A stretch of 25,365 bases of DNA from a virus (Duplodnaviria > Caudoviricetes), in the IMG/VR virus record IMGVR_UViG_3300044580_000159, positions 1 to 25,365 of that record. The stretch is one strand, 5' to 3'. The position numbers and the translations under genes were made by a program. Below, one piece after another: positions 1 through 9,051 of the stretch (within the stretch, counting starts at the first letter, position 1; every line of letters begins with the position of its first letter). The notes under the pieces were generated by a model, which made no database searches, was not told where the DNA came from, and saw nothing but the letters and a program-made list of their open reading frames with translations.

Positions 1-44
1 CACCGAGATCTACACTCTTTCCCTACACGACGCTCTTCCGATCT
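1..44 (+). other. Illumina TruSeq universal (P5/Read 1) adapter, sequencing artefact
   Basis: CACCGAGATCTACACTCTTTCCCTACACGACGCTCTTCCGATCT is the 3' 44 nt of the TruSeq universal adapter. Confidence 0.99.
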
Positions 45-45
45 C

Positions 46-3000
46 AATAACGCTGCGCTCGTTAAGGCGCTCGAAGATGCGAAGGACCCAGAAAACGCTT
101 TTATTTCTTCGGCGAGGGATGATGTAAGAGCGACTGTAACCCCAGCGCTTGACGACTCGAAGGCTTGGGACCTAAACTTGTATGTAGATGGAGAGCGCAT
201 TTCATCGGCAAGGTATAAAAACCGGGTCGATGCGATAGAGGCCCTCTACCATGAGACAGCCCCATTATTCGGCGGGGCAGAGACTTGGAGTGTGGCTGGA
301 GCCGAGCCAGAGCTCTTAGATACAACCGATCTTCAGTTTGGCGATCTGGCAAAGAGAGATTATGAGCAAACAGAACTGTTCGAGTATGACGACGAAACTA
401 TTAAACTCGTTTACGGAAGCAAAGAAGCTTTCGATACTGCGAACGCCGCTCTCCAGCTTAATCTCTTTGATGGACAAGATGACGGAAACGGAGATCTATA
501 TTCTCAATACAGCGATTACGGAAGCGATCAGGGTAAAAACACCGACGGAGGCGACGTACCTGGACGGCGGAGGAGAGCTCGCTCTGTATTGCTCGGAGAC
601 GCAGGCACTCCAATCAATCGAGCATATAAAGAAAATCGCAAAAGACAGCGACGTATCGAATTTACTGGACAGTCTGTTACAAGCCCTCAAAGACTCGCAG
701 AGCTATTCCAAGTATATAGAAACCCCCAAGTGGAAACATTTCATGTTGTCTACCTTAACGGATATGGAGAAATTCTAGCCCATAATGCCATATCATCAGG
801 AGTTGCTGGTACAACAGCGTCCGTGAATAAGGCAAACTACTGGAGAGAAAAGTATTTAATTAACCAGAGAATTGAGAGGCTCGGAGCCGAAAAGGTATAT
901 ATACTTCACAATCATCCATCAGGAAATCCTAAACCATCCGCTGAGGATGTAGTAGTAACAAACCAATATCTCCAAATGATAGGAGATAAATTTGCGGGGC
1001 ATGTAATCATAGATCATGATACGGCGTCATTTATCACTCCGCAAGAAGCCAAGGGGAAATACAATACAGCTCTCGCAAAACCGATTGCTACTGCGGTAGT
1101 TCCTAGAGCAATAAGGCCATCAGAGGATTCGTACGATATTCAGACAAAAGGCCAAATTAGATTCCAAACTACAGAGCAGATGGAACGATACGCAATCGAT
1201 ACGCTCAGCGATGATAGGGAATCTGCCTTGATTATTACAGACTACTTGCTAAGGGTAATCGAGTGGCGTCCTTGGAAGAATCCGGATATGAAGGCGATAT
1301 ACCAGGCGGTAAAGGAGAGTGGTGGATCTCATGGGTTTGTCATAACAAAGAATACAGACTTTTTTGAGAAAGTGAACTCGAGCGCAAACGACAGCATATA
1401 CAATAAAAATGGGCAGTACCTCGTGCTGGCAGATTCAATCCTTGTTGATGGAAATAAAATAGACCATCGTCCGTATTACATGGTAATGCACGATAAAGAT
1501 AACCCGATCAGTCATTATAAATACATCACAAAAAAGGCAGCCGGAAAAGTCACTTTAGGTAAGTTTGTAATGGAATCTGATCTCGCGAAGGAGGCGGGAG
1601 AATTTGACTCATACCAGGAATTCAAGAACGCTTATGTATCAGAAGGAGAAGATGACAGCGAGTTAAAGAAGGCATGGGCGGAGAAACAGAATAAAAAAAG
1701 CTCTGCGGAGCTGGATCAAGACTTTATTTCAATGTTACAGGCTGACAGGCAAAAGCTGCGCGACTTCCTCGAAGCGAACGGAGCCGATCTGTTTAACAGA
1801 AAAACGCCAAGAAAAAATATGTCTGTCGTTGATGCAACGTCTTACCGGCTCGCAACAGGAGGAGTTGTCTCTGACGCCACTATTGATAGGGCTATGATGC
1901 TCATAGAGAAGCATCCAGTAGAATGGCGAAAACGTTTTGCAGATCTCTCAGGTGAGCTCTGGAGCGAAGGGAAACCGCAGGATTTTGATATTGCCCCGCC
2001 GCGGCGTAAGAGTCTGGCTACTCTCCAGGCGAAACACAAAGAGGCAATCTCTAAACTACCCGACGGAGCAGAAGTAATTGGATCAGCAGAAGAGCTCGTA
2101 GCCAAAACAGAAGAACTCCGGCGCGAACTCGAAAATAAAAAGAGGGCCCTTAAAGAACTTCAGGACAGATTCTCATACGGAGAAAAGAGAATCGTTGATA
2201 TGGTCAGGCAGCAGAAAGACCTTGAAAAAAGAATATGGGCAGGACGAGTTCGTGCCAAGCTGTCGCCGGAATACAAGGAGATTGTTAAGGAACTCGAAAC
2301 TCAGGCGAAAGAACTCAAGTCTGCTATCGCTGAAAGAACCATGGCTCTGTCGCCACAATCTGGGATGAAGGGAGCAGCTTACGCGATTGCAAAGAAAGAA
2401 GTAAAGGATGCCACTGACGCCCTCAAAAAGCAATACGCAATTGAGAAAGCGAAAAGGACAGAGAGAGGCTTGAAGCTCTACTACGCGAAAATGATATCAA
2501 GGCCTGTGTCGAAAAGCATAGACTTCAAGATCGGTAATCAAATAAGAGAGATTCAAAAACAACTTGATCCTAATTTCAGAAAAGATCCTACGGCTATGGA
2601 AAATGGTAGGCCGCTAAATAATTGGACGGTGGAAGAGCTACAGGCGCTCTATGAGGAGGTCGAAGCGCTTAGGGATTACGGCAGGAATATGCTTGCTGAC
2701 AAGCTGTTCGACAGGTCTATGGAAAGGGCTGAAAAACAGTCAAAACTCAAAGAAACAGCAGCTAAAACAGGCAAGAAAAAACCAGCTTATTATTCAGGAA
2801 CTGACGAAAACGCAGCTCAGCAGAAAGCTGAGAAAAATCTTATTCTAGCTGCTGATGTATCTCTTACGACTATACACAGAATTGCCCGAGAACTCGATGG
2901 CGGGGTGGAGCGTGGAAACTTCTATAGGGAGATTGTGGAAAGAGAGCGAGAAGCGTTTACTGAGGAGAAGAATAACATAGATCGTAGATACGCCAGGATT

Positions 3001-4803
3001 GAAGCGAAGATGCGTGATCTTGGACTCAATAGAGACGCAATGTATCGAGATAAGATAAAACTTGGGGAACAGACTATATCAAAATGGGAAGCTATATCCT
3101 TATACATAGGGATGCAGAACCAAAGAACCGCTGCAGCAATAATTTATGGCAATATGATGACCCAGGAGGAGAGGGAGAGTTTAAGCGATGAAGAGTTTTA
3201 CTATCTCGCCATGCAAAATTACGGATATGTCAAAGATGCGATTGCCACCCTTTCTCCGGAGGAGATAGAGCTCGCAAAGACATTTATCCTTGATGGAGAT
3301 ATTGAATTCGACAGGCTCGCAAATGCAACGTATGTGTATGAAAACAGAATCCCCGAGAAAGAGGGAGTCTATTTTCCTCACGAAAGAAAGTCTCGTTCAG
3401 GAGAGGGAGAAACAGAAGAAGAAGTAATTGACCAGGTCCTCGCAAGGGCAGCGAGGGCCCAAAGACCTGTCGGGAAGCAGCCTACAATAAATCGTATTGA
3501 GATATCACCCAGACATCAGACGGCGATTTCTCTTGACGCTTTTCAGGTTTATAGAAGAGGAATCGAGCGCCAAGAACACTACATAGCTTATGCTAAATAT
3601 ATCTCCGATATGAACTCAATAATCAAAAACGGAAAATCTGCCGCAGCATTCAGAGAGACCGTAAGGCTCTACCACGGACAGCGTTACTTAGATTACCTGG
3701 ACCGGTGGATATCCGAAGCCGCAAACCCGAAGGCGTTTACCGATTTCAACAAGCCGGTTCAAGGCATAGACCGCTTCTTTAAGATGATGCGAGGGCCTCT
3801 CGGGGTGGCCTACCTCGGCTATAGGGCTTCTCGAGGAGTATTCCAGCTTATAACCTCCCCTGCCCCTTACCTACCCTATGCTGGCACATTCATGATTTCC
3901 CGCATGGTAAAAAACCTAAACCCCGCTGAATTCATGAAGGTGCTTTCGTTTGCAAAAGAAAACTCGGCTTTTATTAGGCACAGAACAATCAACCCGACGG
4001 ACGCATACATAAAGAACTATCTTGAGACGAATCCGAACGCAGCCAAGAGAAGGGCTATGGAGGTTGCGGGCGCAATAATGGAATGGTCAGACATGTGGTC
4101 TGTTTCTACGGGATGGATGGCTATATACGAAAAAACCACAGCATCCCTAAAAGATTCCGGAAAAAACAAAGCAGAAATCCACAAGGAAGCAATACGAGAG
4201 GCCGACAGGGTAACGATAGAAACTCAGCCGACATACAGACACCAAGATCTGTCTCCTGCATTCAAGAAAGACTCTGAGCTCGAACGATTCCTGTTTCAAT
4301 TCCAGACCCCCTTAAACGTGATCTACAATCAGCTATTCCATGACACGAGGGCTGACTGGAAGTCGGGCCACAAAGCACGGTCCCTTGGAATCGTAGCTGG
4401 CTACTTGTCCGTGATGGGGCTCATTGCGGTAATTACCGCCCCAAAGCACGATGACGACGAGGAGGATAAGAAGATAAAATATTTCCTCTCAGGTATGGCT
4501 ACAGTACCGCTAGAAACAATCCCGTTTATCGGATCCATAGCATCGGGGTATGTAGAAAGCCTTATTACTGATGAAAGGTACTGGCGAGACGATCAGATAT
4601 TCCCCGGGGTAAAGAAAGTATTCGATGGGGCTTCTCGAATGATGAATGCTGACGATAAAGAAGCGGCATGGAGGGCATTTTGGCGAATGCTTGAGGGAGC
4701 TGGTATGCTTTCCGGATTTCCCACAAGCGCGATCCGTGAATACTATCGAGTCATATTCGATGGCGAATGGGGTGCGCTATGGGGGCAACGAAAAGGAGAT
4801 TGA
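46..4803 (+). CDS. Large polyvalent / internal virion (ejection-type) protein with RadC-like JAB domain, 5' truncated
   Basis: The frame is open from the adapter junction, so the TTG at 178 is probably not the true start. JAMM motif: E at 733 plus HNHPSGNPKPSAED at 907-948. A long coiled-coil middle and a helical C-terminus with hydrophobic segments follow. It lies just before the tail genes. Confidence 0.8.
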   Translation, partial: NNAALVKALEDAKDPENAFISSARDDVRATVTPALDDSKAWDLNLYVDGERISSARYKNRVDAIEALYHETAPLFGGAETWSVAGAEPELLDTTDLQFGDLAKRDYEQTELFEYDDETIKLVYGSKEAFDTANAALQLNLFDGQDDGNGDLYSQYSDYGSDQGKNTDGGDVPGRRRRARSVLLGDAGTPINRAYKENRKRQRRIEFTGQSVTSPQRLAELFQVYRNPQVETFHVVYLNGYGEILAHNAISSGVAGTTASVNKANYWREKYLINQRIERLGAEKVYILHNHPSGNPKPSAEDVVVTNQYLQMIGDKFAGHVIIDHDTASFITPQEAKGKYNTALAKPIATAVVPRAIRPSEDSYDIQTKGQIRFQTTEQMERYAIDTLSDDRESALIITDYLLRVIEWRPWKNPDMKAIYQAVKESGGSHGFVITKNTDFFEKVNSSANDSIYNKNGQYLVLADSILVDGNKIDHRPYYMVMHDKDNPISHYKYITKKAAGKVTLGKFVMESDLAKEAGEFDSYQEFKNAYVSEGEDDSELKKAWAEKQNKKSSAELDQDFISMLQADRQKLRDFLEANGADLFNRKTPRKNMSVVDATSYRLATGGVVSDATIDRAMMLIEKHPVEWRKRFADLSGELWSEGKPQDFDIAPPRRKSLATLQAKHKEAISKLPDGAEVIGSAEELVAKTEELRRELENKKRALKELQDRFSYGEKRIVDMVRQQKDLEKRIWAGRVRAKLSPEYKEIVKELETQAKELKSAIAERTMALSPQSGMKGAAYAIAKKEVKDATDALKKQYAIEKAKRTERGLKLYYAKMISRPVSKSIDFKIGNQIREIQKQLDPNFRKDPTAMENGRPLNNWTVEELQALYEEVEALRDYGRNMLADKLFDRSMERAEKQSKLKETAAKTGKKKPAYYSGTDENAAQQKAEKNLILAADVSLTTIHRIARELDGGVERGNFYREIVEREREAFTEEKNNIDRRYARIEAKMRDLGLNRDAMYRDKIKLGEQTISKWEAISLYIGMQNQRTAAAIIYGNMMTQEERESLSDEEFYYLAMQNYGYVKDAIATLSPEEIELAKTFILDGDIEFDRLANATYVYENRIPEKEGVYFPHERKSRSGEGETEEEVIDQVLARAARAQRPVGKQPTINRIEISPRHQTAISLDAFQVYRRGIERQEHYIAYAKYISDMNSIIKNGKSAAAFRETVRLYHGQRYLDYLDRWISEAANPKAFTDFNKPVQGIDRFFKMMRGPLGVAYLGYRASRGVFQLITSPAPYLPYAGTFMISRMVKNLNPAEFMKVLSFAKENSAFIRHRTINPTDAYIKNYLETNPNAAKRRAMEVAGAIMEWSDMWSVSTGWMAIYEKTTASLKDSGKNKAEIHKEAIREADRVTIETQPTYRHQDLSPAFKKDSELERFLFQFQTPLNVIYNQLFHDTRADWKSGHKARSLGIVAGYLSVMGLIAVITAPKHDDDEEDKKIKYFLSGMATVPLETIPFIGSIASGYVESLITDERYWRDDQIFPGVKKVFDGASRMMNADDKEAAWRAFWRMLEGAGMLSGFPTSAIREYYRVIFDGEWGALWGQRKGD

Positions 4804-4840
4804 GTAGCAGCGTATAAAAAGATAAAACGGTAGTGGTGTT

Positions 4841-4862
4841 GGGCCTCTTAAAGGAGAGGCCT
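4841..4862 (+). promoter_or_regulatory. Hairpin occluding the RBS/start of the first tail gene
   Basis: GGGCCTCTT-AAAG-GAGAGGCCT stem-loop contains the AAGGAG SD and the first base of the TTG start. Confidence 0.5.
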
Positions 4863-5758
4863 TGAATAGTCTGGAAATAGTTGAGGGTGACAAACAGTTT
4901 TTAGGGGATGTGGAAATCCTCGGAGAAATCAACAACCCGTCACTCAAAAAAGTTAAAACAGATCTACAGGTAGCACGTGGAGAGGCGCAGCTTGCCAGGG
5001 CATCCATCCAGGATTTCCTGTCTACAATTCTCGCAGATTCAATAATCGATGTCCAAGAAAAAAAAGTCTTGAGAGCTCAGTGGCGTGAAATTGAGTCAGA
5101 GTATCCCATCGTCAGACAGCGGGCTCTCGATTCAGGTATCGGGGAATCAGAAACCGCAGTCCAAGATTACGCTACAGCTTACGCTGCATTGCACGATTAT
5201 CTCTACACAAATCCCGGAATTCTCCAAGTAATGAGCCTCCCCGCTCCAGTAAATCCATCGACAGCAGCAGCTGTATTTGCAGCGTACTTTGCGGCAAGGG
5301 AAGTCCTTGTATCTGGGGCTCTGGCTCAGGCCGTTGCAACAACATCACATATATTTTACGAGGAGCCAGTAGGACCATACGCAGTCGGAGATCTATGGAT
5401 ATCAAACGGAATTCTTTATCAGTCCACAGTGGCCAGGAGCCCGGGAGAGTTCGTGCTTGCTGACTGGATTATAAGTATACAGTCAAATTTTATAGCGACA
5501 ATTCAAAGCACCAACGGCGACAAGTTCAAACCAGGGTATAGCACTACGACAGTTTTGATTCCTCATGTATTCAAAAACGCAATTGAAGTTACTGATACGT
5601 TCCCTGATTCTGCCTTTCGCTGGAAGCGCAGATCTCTCATAGACACAAGCGGCGATGCTCTATGGAACGCCAATCACGCTTCGGGATACAGGACTGTAGA
5701 AGTAAATACTGATTCGATCTACGCCAGGGCGGTATACACCCTGGAAATAGACATATAG
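4862..5758 (+). CDS. Phage tail/fibre-associated protein (helical N-terminus, C-terminal Ig-like domain)
   Basis: 298 aa with SD AAGGAG. LADSIIDVQEKK, PVGPYAVGDLW and STNGDKFKPG...FRWKR segments are typical of phage tail proteins. Confidence 0.75.
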   Translation: MNSLEIVEGDKQFLGDVEILGEINNPSLKKVKTDLQVARGEAQLARASIQDFLSTILADSIIDVQEKKVLRAQWREIESEYPIVRQRALDSGIGESETAVQDYATAYAALHDYLYTNPGILQVMSLPAPVNPSTAAAVFAAYFAAREVLVSGALAQAVATTSHIFYEEPVGPYAVGDLWISNGILYQSTVARSPGEFVLADWIISIQSNFIATIQSTNGDKFKPGYSTTTVLIPHVFKNAIEVTDTFPDSAFRWKRRSLIDTSGDALWNANHASGYRTVEVNTDSIYARAVYTLEIDI

Positions 5759-5768
5759 GAGGATTCAG

Positions 5769-7115
5769 ATGATAGTTTGTACCGCCCAACTAACGCTGTT
5801 CGATCAGAATGACGCGCCAAATATCGATAAATCGATTACCGCGTCCCTCGGTACGTCGCAGCTTTACCGATCAGAGGACGCGACCACTACCTACACTCCA
5901 AACTACGCAAGCACGCCAAACGTAATACGGGCACACGTGTTCGTTAATGGAGTCGATGTTACCGACATTCTATCTGGACGAAAGTGGGGAACATCTCAAG
6001 GGGCGTCTGACCTGGGGACCAATGTTTCTCAGATATCAAAAAACACAAACCTGGCAACGGGAAGTCCACATATGACTATCTACTTTGAGGGAGACTACAC
6101 CGATCCCGCGACCATGCTTGTGTCTCATATCACTGATTCGATCTCCCTCGTCCTCGTTCGAGAAGGATCAAATGCGGTATTCGTGCTCGCAAAGGGCCAG
6201 ATGGTCATAGTAAAGGCTGCTGATGGGACCAAAAATACCGCAGAAGTAACCTGCGATCTTATGAGGGTGACTGGCGTAGACGACACCGGAGTTACGTATA
6301 AATGGTTCAAGTCGCCCTACACCGCTGCAGACCAGCTCGATGCGAACCACCCCGATGTCATTAGCGAAAAGATCATCTTTAAGACCACAAGTGGATTCGG
6401 CACTGTGCCGCCAGCGGATGGGACCTGGGCGGATGTTAAAAGTATCGTCATACGCGAAGATGCAATCCAGGAAATAGGGCTTTTCCAAGTGCAGGCAAAA
6501 GACGCGGACGGAAAGATATATTCGACAATATTTACCGTCGTGGACTATTCTGACCCCTACGATGGAAAAATAATACCATCTAACGGACAAGTTTTTGTTA
6601 ATGGAGTAGGGGTCAAGGATTGTACCCCGGAGATATGGAGAAGCGGATCACTGGTTGATATCTCGGGATACACCTTCTATTGGTGGATATACGACAAGAA
6701 CGGAAAAAAATCAGGTTTTATTGATACAGCCAGAACTCCCACAGCTAAGACAATTTCGGCCCACACTGCATCGATTACAGGGTATTTCGATATCTCTGTC
6801 GCTCTTGCTGCGGCTCCTTCCGCCGGAGACATAATTCGAGTTATCTCTGCTGACAGGCTCTCGGTCGCCACCTATGAAGTAGGTCCAAACTCGACAACAT
6901 CCAGAATTTACATCCGCTCCCCGCTCAACGGGTTCTCTTCCGTAGCGCCTACATCTAATCAGTACGTAAACGGCAAGCTCTGGCTTTGCAACGGAAATGG
7001 AGCAGCGGCAGGAAAAAAAACCACTACAGGAACAACGCCGCTGGCGGTTACTGGCGACGACGTAGACGGACAGTGTCGCCTGGTATGCGAAGCTGATAAT
7101 CCACTGGCGAGTTAA
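5769..7115 (+). CDS. Phage tail fibre-associated protein with tandem Ig-like domains
   Basis: 448 aa with SD AGGAGG. Thr/Ser/Gly-rich beta protein with repeated Y/F-x-W motifs. Confidence 0.75.
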   Translation: MIVCTAQLTLFDQNDAPNIDKSITASLGTSQLYRSEDATTTYTPNYASTPNVIRAHVFVNGVDVTDILSGRKWGTSQGASDLGTNVSQISKNTNLATGSPHMTIYFEGDYTDPATMLVSHITDSISLVLVREGSNAVFVLAKGQMVIVKAADGTKNTAEVTCDLMRVTGVDDTGVTYKWFKSPYTAADQLDANHPDVISEKIIFKTTSGFGTVPPADGTWADVKSIVIREDAIQEIGLFQVQAKDADGKIYSTIFTVVDYSDPYDGKIIPSNGQVFVNGVGVKDCTPEIWRSGSLVDISGYTFYWWIYDKNGKKSGFIDTARTPTAKTISAHTASITGYFDISVALAAAPSAGDIIRVISADRLSVATYEVGPNSTTSRIYIRSPLNGFSSVAPTSNQYVNGKLWLCNGNGAAAGKKTTTGTTPLAVTGDDVDGQCRLVCEADNPLAS

Positions 7116-7120
7116 GGTTG

Positions 7121-8626
7121 ATGATAGTCTGTACCACTGAGATCACGCTCTACGATCAAAATGAAACACCACAAGGGTCATTATCGTCAGAGAGCCACAG
7201 CGTCCCGTGCGATCCGGATGGAAGCAATCCGGACCTCACCGGGGCGTCGTCAACCCTCCAAGTCATCCTCGGCGACGAGGATATCACTGACGAATATTCC
7301 CTTATCTGTACCCCGTCAAGCGGGGTGACTGGCACAAAAAATGGATACACCTACACCGTCACAGGAATGACGGCCATTGCCGGATTCGTCGATTTCGTAG
7401 CGACGAAAGCTGGGGCTGCGACAATTCAAAAGCGGTTCTCCATTGTGAAACAACCAAAAGGAAATACTGGAGATCCTGGAGCCCCCGGAGTTGATGCGCC
7501 CCGCTGCCGGGGACTCTATCCTTACGGCACCGCGCCATCTTCGCCGGTCGCGGGGGATCTTGTCGTATGGTATTCGACCACAACTGAGGACTGTGGAATT
7601 TATCAATACGCAAACAATACATGGAGTAAACTTACCGCACCGACGCCGGATCAGGTGGGCCGCTGTTTCATACATATTTTATCGGCAGTTGTGGCTGCTG
7701 TTAGAACAGACAGCGCCGGAAATACTATAAGCGTTGCATACGGGGTGAGCGCTGATTATGCCCCGAATAGCGTAGCCTTCGAAATCCTTTTGGCGCGGTT
7801 TATTTTTGCCCAGGATATCACCGCCACCGGGAGCATAACAGGTCTTTTTATCAGAAGCACCGACAAGCGAATAAGCATAAGCGACGATGGAGACGGGGCC
7901 AACGAAAGCGACGGAATAAACGTAGGGACCCACGACCTCACAGGAGCCCCGACAGGGCAAAAAATCCAGATCGCCCGAGGATATAGCCTATTTGGGAGTG
8001 AAATTCAGGTATTGAGATTTCTGCAAGCAGTCGGGGGGGCCTGGCGCGAGCGGCTGCAACAATACATTTCTGTAGCAGGGTACCCAGTAATACGGGACCC
8101 ATACAGCGGCCTAAGCATAATGTTTGAATACCCGAATAAGCTGAAAATATATAAAACCGGGACGGATGCTAATTCAGGGACCAGCGCAATCGTTGAGATC
8201 GACGGGCTATCAGCCAGCGGAGCCATAACAGCAGGCGACTACATTGACGCCCCGCTATTAAAAACAAACCGCCTAGAAACATTCCTCGGGGACGAATTGA
8301 CCACAAATTATGGATTCGACCTTGCAAAAATTGACGACGACTCAACCCCTGTCGCTTCGAAATCATCAGGGAGTCTTGATAGCGGTCAGCGGTCTGGGTT
8401 ATTTACCGTTTACAAATCAATCACCGTATACATGCAAAGCACCAATATTGTCCTAGATCTGTATTATAACGGCAGTTATATCGAAATCCTTCGACCCGGA
8501 AAGGCGACACCATTAAACCCGGGAAGATACTCTTTCAGGAATGAATCTGATTCCGATAGCCAATCAGGAATACTCCGCTGTCTTGGCGTCTACGGGTCCG
8601 TGGATGGGGGGCATATATGGTCATAA
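7121..8626 (+). CDS. Phage tail fibre / receptor-binding protein
   Basis: The N-terminus is paralogous to that of the previous gene (MIVCT..TL.DQN..P). It has a short collagen-like GNTGDPGAPG segment and a beta-rich C-terminus. TTG at 7118 is an alternative start. Confidence 0.75.
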   Translation: MIVCTTEITLYDQNETPQGSLSSESHSVPCDPDGSNPDLTGASSTLQVILGDEDITDEYSLICTPSSGVTGTKNGYTYTVTGMTAIAGFVDFVATKAGAATIQKRFSIVKQPKGNTGDPGAPGVDAPRCRGLYPYGTAPSSPVAGDLVVWYSTTTEDCGIYQYANNTWSKLTAPTPDQVGRCFIHILSAVVAAVRTDSAGNTISVAYGVSADYAPNSVAFEILLARFIFAQDITATGSITGLFIRSTDKRISISDDGDGANESDGINVGTHDLTGAPTGQKIQIARGYSLFGSEIQVLRFLQAVGGAWRERLQQYISVAGYPVIRDPYSGLSIMFEYPNKLKIYKTGTDANSGTSAIVEIDGLSASGAITAGDYIDAPLLKTNRLETFLGDELTTNYGFDLAKIDDDSTPVASKSSGSLDSGQRSGLFTVYKSITVYMQSTNIVLDLYYNGSYIEILRPGKATPLNPGRYSFRNESDSDSQSGILRCLGVYGSVDGGHIWS

Positions 8627-8637
8627 GGAGGGCGCAT

Positions 8638-8727
8638 ATGCTTGGAAAATCGGTAGTATGGGTTTTTAGGAAAATTATCAAAGGATTAGTTTTTATTGTG
8701 ACAAAAATAATAGGAGGAACGCGATGA
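8638..8727 (+). CDS. 29-aa cationic amphipathic peptide (not in the ORF track)
   Basis: MLGKSVVWVFRKIIKGLVFIVTKIIGGTR. SD AAGGAGG at 8625-8631. The stop overlaps the next ATG (ATGA). Confidence 0.6.
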   Translation: MLGKSVVWVFRKIIKGLVFIVTKIIGGTR

Positions 8728-9050
8728 GCGCAATCAGAATTTCAACGCTGAGCAATCGGGGAAGGTATCAGCATAAGGAATCGGTCGCGGCAGGAGAGAG
8801 TAAGGTTTTAATATTGCAAGACTCGTACAAAAGCTGTGTCATAGACATAGTCCCCACGGGTACTACGTTCATGCTGGCGACAACCGCTGCCCCGATCGAT
8901 GATATTGACGCCGAAGTAGCCACATTTTTTGACGCATACACCGAAGCTCAATCGGCAGCGGTCGAAGAAGCCCTTGAGAACGGCATTGTGGCTATTAAGG
9001 TTTCGAATACTGGTTCTGGATCTCTTGTGGTTTGCATTAGCGGAGACTGA
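8724..9050 (+). CDS. Hypothetical small beta-rich virion-region protein
   Basis: 108 aa with SD AGGAGG, in the tail operon. Confidence 0.75.
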   Translation: MSAIRISTLSNRGRYQHKESVAAGESKVLILQDSYKSCVIDIVPTGTTFMLATTAAPIDDIDAEVATFFDAYTEAQSAAVEEALENGIVAIKVSNTGSGSLVVCISGD

Positions 9051-9051
9051 T

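Noticed and set aside
8929-9051. N-terminal extension of the LRR-like protein
   Set aside because: It overlaps the 8724-9050 gene. ATG 9052 has an SD and directly follows that gene's stop.
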